The translations under genes and the position numbers were made by a program. A DNA stretch of 64,000 nt from Mobula hypostoma (taxonomy: Eukaryota): assembly GCF_963921235.1 (NCBI RefSeq), contig NC_086097.1:74896001-74960000 (forward strand). Reading direction: 5' to 3'. Under the pieces are notes generated by a model that saw only the letters and a program-made list of their open reading frames with translations, did not search any database and had not been told where the DNA came from. Numbering within the stretch: the stretch's first letter is position 1; the number at the start of each line of letters is the position of its first letter. This document shows positions 27,250 through 40,240 of the stretch, piece by piece.

Positions 27250-29690
27250 ATTCATTGCTTATGATACCAAGAAATGCCTAGAGCACTGGATACACAAGGG
27301 TAATGGCACTAGAAAACATCTCAGTTGTAGGACTGGAGACTTGTATGCTAAAGGTAGCTGTGCTTCAACCCTACTTATTGTAGTGTATTCACAACAGTGA
27401 CACACACCCAACAATGCGGAAGATTGCCCAGGTAGATCCTATTTTCAATAGCAGGACAAACTCCAACTGGCCAGATATTGCCCTGAGTTTATTCTCAATC
27501 ATAAGCAAAGTGATGAAATTCTTGTTAAAGGCAACTTCATTCAACAGTTATTCATCAATAACCTGACACCAGTGGCCAGTTTGGCTTGTGCCATGACCAT
27601 ATTGGCTCCACGTCTCGTCCAGATGTTGTCCAACCATGGAATAAAGCAGGCTTACACAGGTGAGGTGGGGGGGTCAGTGTGACTACTCTTAAATGGAGGT
27701 AATATTTACCAAGTGAGGCATCTAGGCAACCTGGTGAACTCAATGGCCATGAAAGGGAAAACACTACAGGGGTTCATGTTCTACCTCACAAAGGAAGTTG
27801 ATTGTGGCTGCCGGAGGTCAGTCATCCCACAGCAGAATGTCACAGCAGGTATTTCTTAGGCCGGTGCATCAGACTCAACTATTTTCAGCTGCCTCACCAG
27901 TAACTTTCTTTCCTCTATCCAGAAGTGGGGAGGTTTGTTGATGCTTGCAATTCCATGCACAGACCTTTTGCAAACAAAGCAGCCTATGCCGGAATACATC
28001 AAGACTGTGGCAACGTTCAGACATGGGATGGTAAGTGGCAAGTCACATTCACAACAAAAAAGTTTCACACAATGACCATCTAAAAATAAAGGCAATTAAC
28101 TTTTGACACTCAATAGTTTTACCATCATCAGGTGTGTGGGTTCATCATTGACCAGAAACTCAACCAGATTAGTTGCATGAATAGCATGGCTACAGCAGTA
28201 GGTCAGAGACTGTTGTGAATCATCTCTGGGCACACCAAAGTCTTTCTACTATCTGCAAGTGAGAAGTGTAATAGAATGCTCTCCACTTGCCTGGAGAAGT
28301 GCAGTGCCAACTATTCTCAAGAAGTTTGACACAAGCCAGGACAAAGCAGCTCACTTCATGGGCACCCTATCAACTACATATTTTGAGACACATGAGGCTG
28401 TAAATGCTGGAATCTGGAGCAAAAAACACTGAAACAGACTGCCGCATGAGCTCAGCAGGTCAAGGAAGATCTGTGGAGGCAAAGGGATGGTTTTAGGTTA
28501 AAACACAGCATCAGGACTGAGTGAAGAGGGGAGGGAATCAGTATAGAGAGGTAAGAGGGAGGGGTGAGGCAGGACCAGGCAGGTGATAGGTAGAACCAGG
28601 CGAGGAAGGTGATGACAAGTACATGGAGTCAGTTGAAGGGAGGAGAAGGTGGAATAGAGTCAGAGGCTCGAGGTCGATATGAAGACAACAAATGGCTGCA
28701 GATGTTGGAATCTGACAAGAAAGTGGTAAGTGGAACCAGATAAGGGAGGGATGGGGGGAATCGGGGAAGGGTTAGGAAGCCCTTGGCCTTCTCCACTGCC
28801 TGGGTAAGGCCAATGAATCTAGAAGAATAGTACTTCTGATCCATCCAGATATTCTCAACTTTTCAACCCAGCTCCCAAATACTCAGTTTCCTACGCCTCT
28901 TCCACCTGATTCCATCTGCCAATCACCCACATGCCTAGTCCATTGGGCCATTTACCTTCTTCCCCACTGGTTTTATTTGCACATTGTCTCTCTTTTATGT
29001 TGTTTGACATATCACCTTCCTTACTTACAAGTTCCAGAATCTGCAACTCTAAGTTCTGTCCACTCATCAGCCTCTGATTCTAACTCGCCCTCTTTCCCCA
29101 ACCAGATCCGTCTGCACATCATCTCCTACCTCACTTGGTTCAACCTGTCAGCTGCTGCCTTGTCCCTCACTCTCACTTCTTTATACTGCCTATCTCCCCC
29201 TCTACACCCCCAGTCCTGATGCGGGGTCTCAACCTAAAAGATCGATTATAAATCCGCCTTCACAAATGCTGTCTGGTCCACTGACTTCCACCAGCACTTT
29301 ATTTTTTACCTTCAGTATTTTTTCTGTCTACCAGTGGTGGCAGAGGGTACCATCTACAAAGTCTACTGCAGGAACTTACCCATCTACTTCAAAGCTACCT
29401 CCCAAATTCACAACTTCAGCTAAGAAGCACAAGAGTAGCAGGTGCGTTGGAACACAGTTGCCTGCAAGTTCCCTTCATGGTTGCACATCATTGAACTTTG
29501 TAACTATCATCCTCTCTTCAATATCGCCACACCAAAATCATGGAACTCCTTCCTAATAGCACTGTAGAATATTTTCACCAGAAGGAAATGCATGCATTCA
29601 AAAAGATGCCTCCTCACCTTCGCTGGTGTATGAAGGATGGGCAACAAGTTTTGGCCTTGTCAGAAAATCCCAAAAATGAATATATTAACA
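27250..29690 (+). mobile_element. old CR1/L2-clade LINE relic, split by the element at 28385-29300
   Basis: Decayed RT-like stretch; tail ggatgggcaacaagttttggccttgtcag; an inverted fragment of the same family lies at 30475-30620. Confidence 0.55.
28385..29300. mobile_element. Penelope-like relic with inverted terminal segments
   Basis: Left end gctggaatctggagc...catcaggactgag mirrored by cagtcctgatg...tgacttccaccagcac; purine-rich half followed by a pyrimidine-rich half. Confidence 0.55.
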
Positions 29691-30634
29691 CAAACTAGCA
29701 TTCTTGAATCTCCTGATAAAAAACTCACATATGTCACTTTTCATTTCCAAACTCCCTTGGTTCCAGAATATTTTCCTAATTCTTGATAAGCTGTTTTGGT
29801 CACTGCAAAAGTCAAATCATTGAAACATAGATTTTTAAATTTTGAAACATTGCATTCAAATCTTTCCCACTAATTTTGGAATTCACTTTTCTGTTCATGA
29901 GATGCAACAGGTCATTATAGACTTGAGTGCAGGAGCTTAATATTAGACATTGAATATTACCACATTTAGTGTTAAAATTAGTTCTTCATTTAGCCAGTTT
30001 TTAACTGTTTAGCATTTTCCACCATTCTTTCCAAGTCTTAAATTATTCGAACTGAACAATATTTCTGATAAAATAGAGTGCTTTAGTTTTGAAGTTTCCT
30101 AGCCTAAGATTTGCATTCAGAGCAAATATTTTCTTAGGAATTTTAATTATTCAATAAATGAAGTTCATTCCCTATTAAATATGACTTAATTAAGTTATTT
30201 TCTATGTAAATGCATTATCTGATATTTGCTCTGGATTGTGGATCAATTTTTATCAAAGTGTAAAAGTTGTATTATTGCTTCACATTACTTATGTAGTTTT
30301 GTGTATCAAGGCAGGTTTATCTATATGCGATCATGTTCTCTGTACATAAAGAATATACAATTTGAAATGCAAAATTATGATCTCTTTATATAAAGTCTTA
30401 GTAATTGTGTGTCTGTGTTCCATTGTTTTAGGAATATATTTAGGTATTAAAAATAGAAACATAGAAACAGAAATATTTGTAGCTGTTCTGACATACCTGG
30501 GCAATTTTCCACATTGTCAGGTAGATGCCAGTGTTGTAACTGTGTTGGAATAGCTTGGCTAGAGGCACAACTTTCTCTGAAGTGCAGACTTTCACTACTA
30601 CAGCTGTGATGTCCTCTGCTCCCTTTTTACAGTG

Positions 30635-32232
30635 TCCAGTGAGCTACATAGAAACACAATAGAATCAATGAAAAACTACACATAAACAAAGGCAGACAGG
30701 CAAACAACCAAAGTGCAAAAGACAATAAATTGTCCAAGTACAAAAAGAAAAACAAAATGATAATAATAAGATAAGTGAGTAAAAACAATACTGAGGCGAA
30801 GAGTTGTAGAGTCATTGAACGTGAGTCCATAGGTTGTGAAATCAGTTGGGACCTCAGTGCTGGGGTGAGTGAAGTTACCCACTCTGGTTCAGCAGCCTAA
30901 TGGTTGAGGAGTAAAACTGTTCTTGAATCTGGTGGTGTGGGATCTAAGGCTCCTGTTCCTCTTCCTGCTGGCAGCAGTGATGATGTGGGTCGTTGATGAT
31001 GCCTGCTGCTTTCCTGTGACAGCGGTCCTTGTAGATGTGCTCAATGGTTGGGAGCGCTTTACCTGTGATGGACTGGGCTGTGTCACTACCTTTTGTAGGC
31101 TTTTCCATTTAAAGACATCGGTTTTTCTCGAGCAGGCTGTGCTGCAACCTATCAATATACTATCCACCGTGTGTCTATAAAAGTTCATCAGAGTTTTGGA
31201 TAAATGCCAAATCTTCGCAAACTTCTAAGGAAGTATAGACACTGCCATCACAAACAATGGAAAATCTGCAGATATTGAAGATCCAAAGCAACACAGACAA
31301 AATGCTGGAGGAACTCAACAAGTCAGGCAGCATCTATGAAAAGAGTAAACAGTCAGGGTTTTGGGCCAGGATGCTTCATCAATGAAGGGTGTTGGCCCGA
31401 AACATCAACTGTTTACTCTTTTCATAGATGCTGCCTGGCCTGCTGATTTCTGAGAGACACTGCCATGCCTTCTTCGTAAAGATACATATGTATGTGTTGG
31501 ACCCCAGACAGATCCTTTGAAATGATAATGCTGAGGAATTTAATGCTACTGACTCTGTCCACCTCTGAGCCCCTGATGAGGAATGGCTCATGGGCCTCTG
31601 GTTTCTTCTCCCTAAAGTCAATAATCAGCTCTTTAAGTTTTGCTGTCGTTGAGTGAAAGGTTGTTGTTGTGGCACCACTTAGCCAGATTTTCAGTCTTTC
31701 TCCTATATGCTGATGCCTTACCACCTTCGATTCAGCCAACAACAGTGGTGTCACCATCAAACTTAAATGTGGTGTTCAAGCTGCACTTAGCCTCAGTCAT
31801 ACATATAAAGTGGATAGAGCAGGGAATGAAGCACGCAGCCTCTTGATGCACCTGTGCTAATGGTGATTCTTGAAGAGATGTGCGTATCCAAATTGACTGG
31901 ACTCTGCGAGAGAGAAAATTGAGGAACCAGTTGTTCAAGGAAGTGTTGAGACTTAGGTCTTGTAGGTCATTGATTAGCTTTGAGCAGATGATAGTATTGA
32001 ACGCCAAACTCTAGTCAATGAAGAGCACCCTGATGTATGCATCTCCGCTGTCAAGATGTTCCAGAGTTGAGTGAAGAGCCAATGAAATGGCATCTGCTGT
32101 TGACCTATTGTGACTGTAGGCAAATTGGAGCAGATCCAAGCCACTCCTCAGGCAGGAGTTGATAACGTTTTATCACCTACCTCTCAAAGCTCTTCATCAC
32201 AGTGGATGTAAATGCTACTGAGGATAGTCATT
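30635..32232 (-). mobile_element. Rex1/Babar-type LINE fragment with RT
   Basis: AFNTII..KL, NWFLNFL, KFDGDTTVVG (decayed FADD), LKELIIDFR; same tail family as 18151-19015. Confidence 0.85.
31249..31454. mobile_element. palindromic Penelope-derived mini-element with 12-bp target-site duplication
   Basis: TSD agacactgccat at 31237-31248 and 31455-31466; perfect 30-bp inverted arms at 31324-31353 and 31408-31437. Confidence 0.75.
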
Positions 32233-32235
32233 GGA

Positions 32236-32575
32236 GCAGGTGAGACACACAGAACAGCTGCTCACTGGATGTTTTATTTTGTATTTTGCACCATTCTGTG
32301 TAAACCCTAGACACTGTTGTGCGTAAAAGTCCCAGGAAATCAGCAGTTCCTGAGAATTGCAAACCACCCCATCTGGCTCCAATGATCATTCCATGGTCAA
32401 AGTCATTTAGATCACATTGCTTCCCCATTCTGATGTTTGGTATAAACAACAACTGAACCCCTTGACCATGTCTGCATGCTTTTATGTATTGAGTTGCTGC
32501 CGCATGATTGGCTGATTAAATATTTGCATTAATGAGCTGGTGTACAGGTGTAACTATTAAAGTGGCCACTGAGTG
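32236..32575 (-). mobile_element. Tc1-like fragment, same family as 19582-20127
   Basis: MGKQCDLNDFDHGMIIGAR...TADFLGLLRTTVSRVY; terminus aaagtggccactgagtg followed by TA. Confidence 0.85.
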
Positions 32576-34230
32576 TATTTCTTACCAAGCAAGTGGAAAG
32601 AATTCAGCACATCTAGACCATGTTCCCAGCTGAGGAGCAATTCCATCAGATCCAGTCCCCCTCATTCCATTCTCTAATAGCTCTGCAATTTCCATTTTGT
32701 TCAAAACTTGCTGACCTATTTCCCCTTTTGCCTTATCTTTTGTGCACGTTGCCATCCTGTGCATTTTAGATTTGACATTTACACTCTTCTTTGTGGGATT
32801 ATATTTACTCTGAACCCTTTAATTCTTCTTCTTAAGTGCATCCCATTATGAAGTCCAAATTATCTTCAAATACTGTATCCAGTCTATTTTTTTGCTAAAT
32901 TAATTCTGCTCCTAGTAGAATTGGCTGAGTTGTTTCCAATGTCTCCATGAAATAATGCAGCATCTTCACTGACTGTTAGGAATTCCTAGCCCAAGATTGC
33001 TCCAAATAGAGGAAGTACAGTACAACAGAACCTTAAATCAGGAGCCTGTGGAGGCCATGCTCAAAAATTGGAAAAAGCAAGTACAATCTCAGCAATATCT
33101 GCTCCACTTGTAGCAGATACCACAGGTCCCACATAGGGCTCTTCCATTTTCTCAAAATCCAGAGAAGTGGAACGGGAGCAGGTTACTTATCACTCCGCAA
33201 GATTGCTTAAGAGAGAATAAGCCTGAGAATAGAACACAGAACAGTCCCCCACACTTTGCCCCTTCAGCCCACAATGTTGTGCTGATCTCTGCAAGCCTAC
33301 GCCATGATCAATCAAAACCTTCCTTCCTACACAATCCATAACCCTCAATTTTTCTTACATTCATGTGCCTATGAAAGAGTCTTTTAAGTGATCTATTGTA
33401 TCAGCCCCAGCAGTGCATTCCAAGCACCAGACATTTCCTCTGAACTTTTGTCCATTCACCTTAAAAGGATGTGCTCTGATATTGACCATTACTGCTCTGA
33501 GATGGAGGTGCTGACTGTGCACACTATCTATGCCTCTCATAATCTTACACAACTCTATCAAGTTGCCTCTCATCCTTTGTCTCTCCAAAGAGAAAAGCCC
33601 TAGCTCGCTCAACCTTTCCTCATTAGACATGCTCTCTAATCTAGGTAGCAACCTGACAAATCTCCTGCACCCACCTCTAAAGGTTCCACATACCAGAAAG
33701 GAGCACAATACTCCTGTGGTCTAACTAGAGTTTTATAGAGCTGTAGCATTACCTAACTGCTCTTGAACTCAATTCTCCGACTAGTGAAGCCCAGCGCACC
33801 ATAGACTGTAACCACCCTATCAATTTGTTCAGCAGCTTTGAGGGATCTATGGAGTTGGACTCCATGTTCCCTCTGTTCCTCCACACTGCTAAGAACCCTG
33901 CCGTTAATTATGTACTCTGGCTTCAAGTTCAATCTTCCAGTGTATCCCACTTTTCCAGATTGAACTTCGTCTGCCACTTCTTCACCCAACTCTGCATCCT
34001 GTTTATATCCTATTATCACCCATGACAACTTTCTACATTATATATCCACATTTCCAACCTTTGTATCATCTGCAAATTTGCAAACTTACTAACCTGCCTT
34101 TCCACTTCCTCATCCAAGTCATCTATAAAACTCACAAAGAACAGGGGTTCCAGAACAGATTCCTGTGGAAAAACACTGGTCTTTGACCTCCAGACAGAAT
34201 GTGCTCCATCTACTACCACCTTCTGCCTCT

Positions 34231-37200
34231 AACCATATATAACCATATAACAATTACAGCATGGAAACAGGCCATGTCAGTCCTTCTAGTCCGTGCTGAA
34301 CTCTTACTCTCACCTAGTCCCACCGACCTGCACTCAGCCCATAACCCTCCATTCCTTTCCTGTCCATATAGTTGTCCAATTTAACTTCAAACAACATCAA
34401 ACCTGCCTCAACCACTTCTGCTGGAAGCTCATTCCACACAGCTACCACTCTCTGAGTAAAGAAGTTCCCCCTCATGTTGCCCCTAAACTTTTGCCCTTTA
34501 ACTCTCAACTCATGTCCTCTTGTTTGAATCTCCCCCACTCTCAATAGAAAAAGCCTATCCACATCAACTCTATTTATCCCCCTCATAATTTTAAATATCC
34601 CTATCAAGTCCCCCCTCAACCTTCTACATTCCAAAGAATAAAGACCCAATTTGTTCAACCTTTCTCTGTAACTTAGGTGATGCAACCCAGGTAACATTCT
34701 AGTAAATCTTCTCTGTACTCTCTCTATTTTGTTGACATCTTTCCTGTAATTTGGTGACCAAAACTGTACACAATACTCCAAATTTGGCCTCACCAATGCC
34801 TTGTACAATTTCAACACTACATCCCAATTCCTATACTTAATGCTCTGATTTATAAAGGCCAGCATACCAAAAGCTTTCTTCACCAACCTGTCCACATGAG
34901 ATTCCACCTTCAGGAAACTATGCACCATTATTCCTAGATCCCTCTGTTCTACTGCATTCTTCAATGCCCTACCATTTACCATGTATGTCCTATTTTGATT
35001 AGTCCTACCAAAATGTAACACCTCACATTTATCGGCATTAAACTCCATCTGCCATCTTTCAGCCCACTCTTCTAACTGGCCTAAAACCGGTTCTCTGCAA
35101 GCTTTGAAAACCTACTTCATTATCCACAACTCCACCTATCTTAGTATCATCTGCATACTTACTCATCCACTTTACCACCCCATCATCCAGATCATTAATG
35201 TATATGACAAATAGCATTGGACCCAGTACAGATCCCTAAGGCACACCACTAGTCATCGACCTCCAATCTGACAAACAGTTATCCACCACCACTCTCTGGC
35301 GTCTCCCTCCAGCCACTGCTGAATTCATTTTACTACTTCAGTATTAATACCTAACGATTGAACCTTCCTAACCAACCTTCCATGTGGAACCTTGTCAAAG
35401 GCCTTACTGAAGTCCATATAGAGAACATCCACCGCTTTACCCTTGTCAACTTTCCTAGTAACCTCTTCAAAAAATTCAATAAGATTTGTCAAACATGACC
35501 TTCCACGCACAAGTCCATGTTGACTGTTCCTAATCAGACCCTGTCTATCCAGATAATTATATATACCATCCCTAAGAATACTTTCAATCAATTTACCCAC
35601 CACTGATATCAAACTCACAGGCCGATAATTGCTAGGTTTACTCTTAGAACCCTTTTTAAACAATGGAACAACATGAGCAATACGCCAATCCTCCGGCACC
35701 ATGCCCGTTTCTAAGACATTTGAAATATTTCTGTTAGAGCCCCTGCTATTTCCACACTAACTTCCCTCAAGGTCCTAGGGAATATCCTGTCAGGACCCGG
35801 AGACTGATCAGCTTTTATATTCCTTAAAAGCTCCAGTATTTCCTCTTCTTTAATCACCACAGTTTCCATAACTTCCCTACCTGTTTCTCTTATCTTACCC
35901 AATTCAATATCCTTCTCCTTAGTGAATATTGAAGAAAAGAAATTGTTCAGAATCTCCCCCATCTCTTTTGGCTCCACACATAGCTGTCCACTCTGATTCT
36001 CTAAGGGACCAATTTTATCCCTCACTATCCTTTTGCTATTAATATAATGGTAGAAACCCTTGGGATTTATTTTCACCTTACTTGCCAAAGCAACCTCATA
36101 TCTTCTGTTAGCTTTTCTAATTTCTTTCTTAAGATTCTTTTTACATTCTTTATATTCCTCGAGCACCTCATATTCTCTATGCTGCCTATATTTATTGTAG
36201 ATATCTCTCTTTTTCTGAACCAAGTTTCCAATATCCCTTGAAAACCACGGCTCTCTCAAACTTTTAACCTTTCCTTTCAATCTAACAGGAACATAAAGAT
36301 TCTGTACTCTCAAAACTTCACCTTTAAATGACCTCCACTTCTCTATTACATTCTTCCCATAAAACAAATTGTCCCAATCCACACCTTCCAGAACGAGGGG
36401 CCACAGTTTGAGGATAGAGAGGAAGCCTTTTAGGACCAAGATTAGGAAAAACTTCTTCACACAGAGAGTGGTGAATCTGTGGAATTCTCTGCCACAGGAA
36501 ACAGTTGAGGCCAGTTCATTGGCTATATTTAAGAGGGAGTTAGATATGGCCCTTGTGGCTACGGGGGTCAGGGGGTATGGAGGGAAGGCTGGGGCGGGGT
36601 TCTGAGTTGGATGATCAGCCATGATCATAATAAATGGCTGTGCAGGCTCGAAGGGCCAAATGGCCTACTCCTGCACCTATTTTCTATGTTTCTATGTTTC
36701 TAAATCCATTCACATCTCCTCAAAGTTAGCCTTTCTCCAATCAAAAATCTCAACCCTGGGTCCAGACCTATCCTTCTCCATAATTATATTGAAACCAATA
36801 GCATTGTGATCACTGGACCTGAAGTGCTCCCCAACACAAACCTCTGTCACCTGCCCTATCTCATTACATAACAGGAGATCCAACACTGCCCCTTCTTTAG
36901 TTGGTACCTCTATATATTGCTGCAAAAAACTATCCTGCACACATTTTACAAACTCCAAACCGTCCAGCCCTTTTACAGTATGGGCTTCCCAGTCTATGTG
37001 TGGAAAACTAAAATCTCCCACAATCACCACCTTGCACCTACTACAAATATCTGCTATCTCCTTACAAATTTGCTCTTCCAATTCTCGCTCCTCATTTGGT
37101 GGTCTATAATACACCCCCATAAGTGTTACTGCACCTTTCCCATTCCTTAATTCCACCCAAATAGCCTCCCTAGACGAGCCCTCTAATCTATCCTGCCAGA

Positions 37201-37560
37201 GCACCGCTGTAATATTTTCTCTGACAAGCAATGCAACACCTCCCCCTCTTGTCCCTCCCATTCTAAAACACCTGAAGCAATTAAATCCAGGAATATTTAG
37301 TTGCCAATCACACCCCTCTTGTAACCATGTTTCACTAATAGCTACCACATCATACTTCTAGGTATCAATCCATGCGTGAAGCTCCTCCACCTTTCTTATA
37401 ATGCTCCTCGCATTAAAATAAATGCATTTAAGAAATTTTCCACCTCTTACTCTGTTTATCACTAACTGTGCAAACAACTTTACTATTTTCTTTTTCTTCT
37501 TTCTTCCCTACATCTGTTCCTACACTCTGGTTCCCCTCCCCTTCGTATCTAGTTTAAATC
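34231..37560 (-). mobile_element. CR1 LINE with near-complete, disrupted ORF2 (APE endonuclease + RT)
   Basis: VAISETWL, GGGVALLV, VGDFSFP, SDHNAI (36710-37348); NYRPVSL, DFSKAFDKVPH (35325-35702); C-terminal 244-aa ORF; (aaccatat)n tail at 34231. Confidence 0.93.
36389..36700 (+). mobile_element. CR1 3' fragment nested in opposite orientation
   Basis: RTRGHSL...FFTQRVVNLWNSLP; (tttctatg)n tail. Confidence 0.88.
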
Positions 37561-38779
37561 CTATGGGCATTTATATGGGCAAGCCAATTCCAAATTCACA
37601 CTGCCAGCATGGATCCCAGGCCTCATGACATTCTGGATGGCTATAATGGGGAACCTTGTCAAATGCCTCTCTAATATACATCAACATCACATCTACCACA
37701 CAACCTACATCAATTTCTTTTGTCATTTCCTTAAAGAATTCGATCAGGCTTGTGAGGCATGTCCTGTCTCTCAGAAAACCATGTTGACTATCCCTAATCC
37801 GCCTATGCTTTTCTAAATACTTATAAATCCTGTCTCTAAGAATCTTCTCCGATAGTTTGCCCACACTGACATAATACGCACTGGTCTATAATTCCCAGGA
37901 TCACCCCTATTACATTTCTTGGACAGAACAACAATTGCCATCCCCCAATCCCCTGCTAGCACTCCTGTGGCCAGTGAGGACATAAGTATCGTCGTCAGTG
38001 CCCAGCAATCTCTTCCCTAGCCTCACATAGTAATTTGGGTTGCAACTAGTCTGGACCCTAATGTTTTTCATAAGCTTCAACCGGGCCTCTTTTTAAACCT
38101 TGACATGCCCCTGCACGTTAGTCTGTTCTATGCTAACCTGACACTTGTCAAAGTCTTTTTCCCTGGTGAATACTAAAGCAAAGTATTCGTTAAGGACCTC
38201 CCCTAATTCCTCCATCTCAAGGCATATATTTCCCCCTTTACTAATGATCAGTCCTATCCTCACTCCAGTCATTCTCCTGTTTTTCCACGTATGTATAAAA
38301 TGTCTTGGGGTTTTCCTTAATCCTTTTTGCCAAGGACTTATCATGACCCTTCTACCTCTTCTGAGTCCTTTCTTAAGCTCCTGCCTTATAATTCTTAAGA
38401 GTCCTGCCTGATATTTGCTTCCTAAACCTTAAGTGTGTTTCCTTCTTCCTCTTGACTAAATACTCCAACTTTCTTGTCAACCACCGTTCCTTCACCCAAA
38501 TACCTTTTTCTCTATCTCAGTGGAACAAACCTATCTAGATTTTGAGCTCAAGCAGTTGTAGGGTGGCTTGAACAGGCACTCAGAGAGCTGATTACTTCTG
38601 CTGAGCAATAGATGACATTGATGGTTGAAAGGGAGAAAAGAAAGGAAATACAGGAATAGCGTGGGCACATAAGCTTGGATTGGTGCATGTGGTAAGAGTG
38701 TATATGTAACATGGATGGATTGGGATGTATGATTGATTACTGTGTTGAAAGCCTTTTCTGTGGTTGCAGCAAGGATGTA

Positions 38780-39425
38780 AAAGCTAATTAGTATATAGCA
38801 CAGTTCAGAGGACCTGTGCATGGGTATCTATATTTCTTAAACTTCAGAAGAATGAGGGGTGAACTTTTTCAAACTTGTAAGATCCAAAGGAGACTTGACA
38901 GGGTAACTGTTCAGATATTTTCACTAGGGGATGAGTTGCAAACAGGACAACATTATTAAAAGATAAAGTCCTCACTTAAAATTGAGGTGCTGGGAAATGT
39001 GCTAAATCAAATTAGTGATTTAAAAAATTTTTTAGAGATATTGCACAGTAACAGGCCCTTCCAGTCCAACGAGCCTGTACCACCCATTTCCACCACGTGG
39101 CCAATTAACCTACTGAACTGTACATCTTTGGAATGTTGGAGGAAACTGAAGCACCCGGGGAGGGAGAACATACAAACTCCTTACAGACAGCAATAGAGTT
39201 AAAGCTCAAGGTCGTAGCCAGTGTAATGCCAACTGCTACACTACTCTGCGCAAAGGATGGTAGAGTACTATATTGAGCTTTAGAAATATTTAAGGTGAAA
39301 GATGAAGGGTTTGAGTGCTATGGGGAAGGTGAATTGAGAACAGCATAGATCAGCCAGGATCACACTGACTGGCTGAGCAGATGGAGCAAGCATGAAGGGC
39401 TTGGTCTTGTAACACTGCTCCTGCT
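38780..39425 (+). mobile_element. decayed CR1 3' fragment containing a minus-strand SINE (about 39030-39250)
   Basis: agaagaatgaggggtga... CR1 C-terminal DNA; SINE segment tctttggaatgttggaggaaactgaagcacccgg. Confidence 0.6.
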
Positions 39426-40240
39426 TTCTTCTATTCATTCTTCAAATTAGAACACCTCTAAATCTTTACAATTACATTTTCCAAACTATTGATTTTAGTG
39501 GGGATCCTTATATTTCTGGTTTTTCAACTAATTAATTTTAATCCTGATTTACAGCTAGTTTGGTGATGGATTAAAATGCGGGTTGAGACAGCACAAATTC
39601 TATTCAAGTGGAATCTTACTGATGACATAATCAAGAGCTTACGAGTTTTGGTTTGGTCTGTATTCAATCCACATTCATAGAAGTGGTGTGATAATCCATT
39701 ATTTTTTGTTAAACAAACCTACCTCTGGGTGCCAGATGTAAAGACAGCATGAAGATCAAATCATGGTGTGCCTTTAAATCTTCAACAGATTTGAGGAGTC
39801 TGCTCAACTTATTGTCCAGTCATTGCCTAGAGTTCCTGTTTCCTTTGTCTCATTGAGGGGCACTTTTTATTAAAAGTGTCATACATTTAAAGAAAGCCTG
39901 TTTTTTTAAATATATACATAGAAGGAAAGCACTGGTAGGTTAGCTTTCTGGCTGTAGAGATGGTGGAGCTCATTACAGAGGAGATTTCAACTTTACAAAA
40001 GACTCAAGTCACAGCGCAGGGGACAGTACATTTTATGAATTTACAGTGCTGCACAAAAGAATTTGGTGAAGATGATGAGATGCCTTCTATTCGCAGGGAG
40101 TCAGGAGTCCTTCAAACATACCCTTAAACTATCAGCCTCAGGTGTCATTTTCAGGGACCAAGCACCAGTAGTCCAGATGCAGAGTTGTGAGATGTTTAGT
40201 TACCTCTACAGCAAAGGCAAAAATCTCTGAATTCATCTCC

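Larger units (their letters stand above)
33228..38530 (-). mobile_element. older CR1 (HER1-like) LINE: segments 33228-34230 and 37561-38530, interrupted by a younger CR1
   Basis: RT peptides IRDSQHGF...AFDKVPH (37571-37864) continue in MVVDG...PQESVLEPL (34016-34219). Confidence 0.8.
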
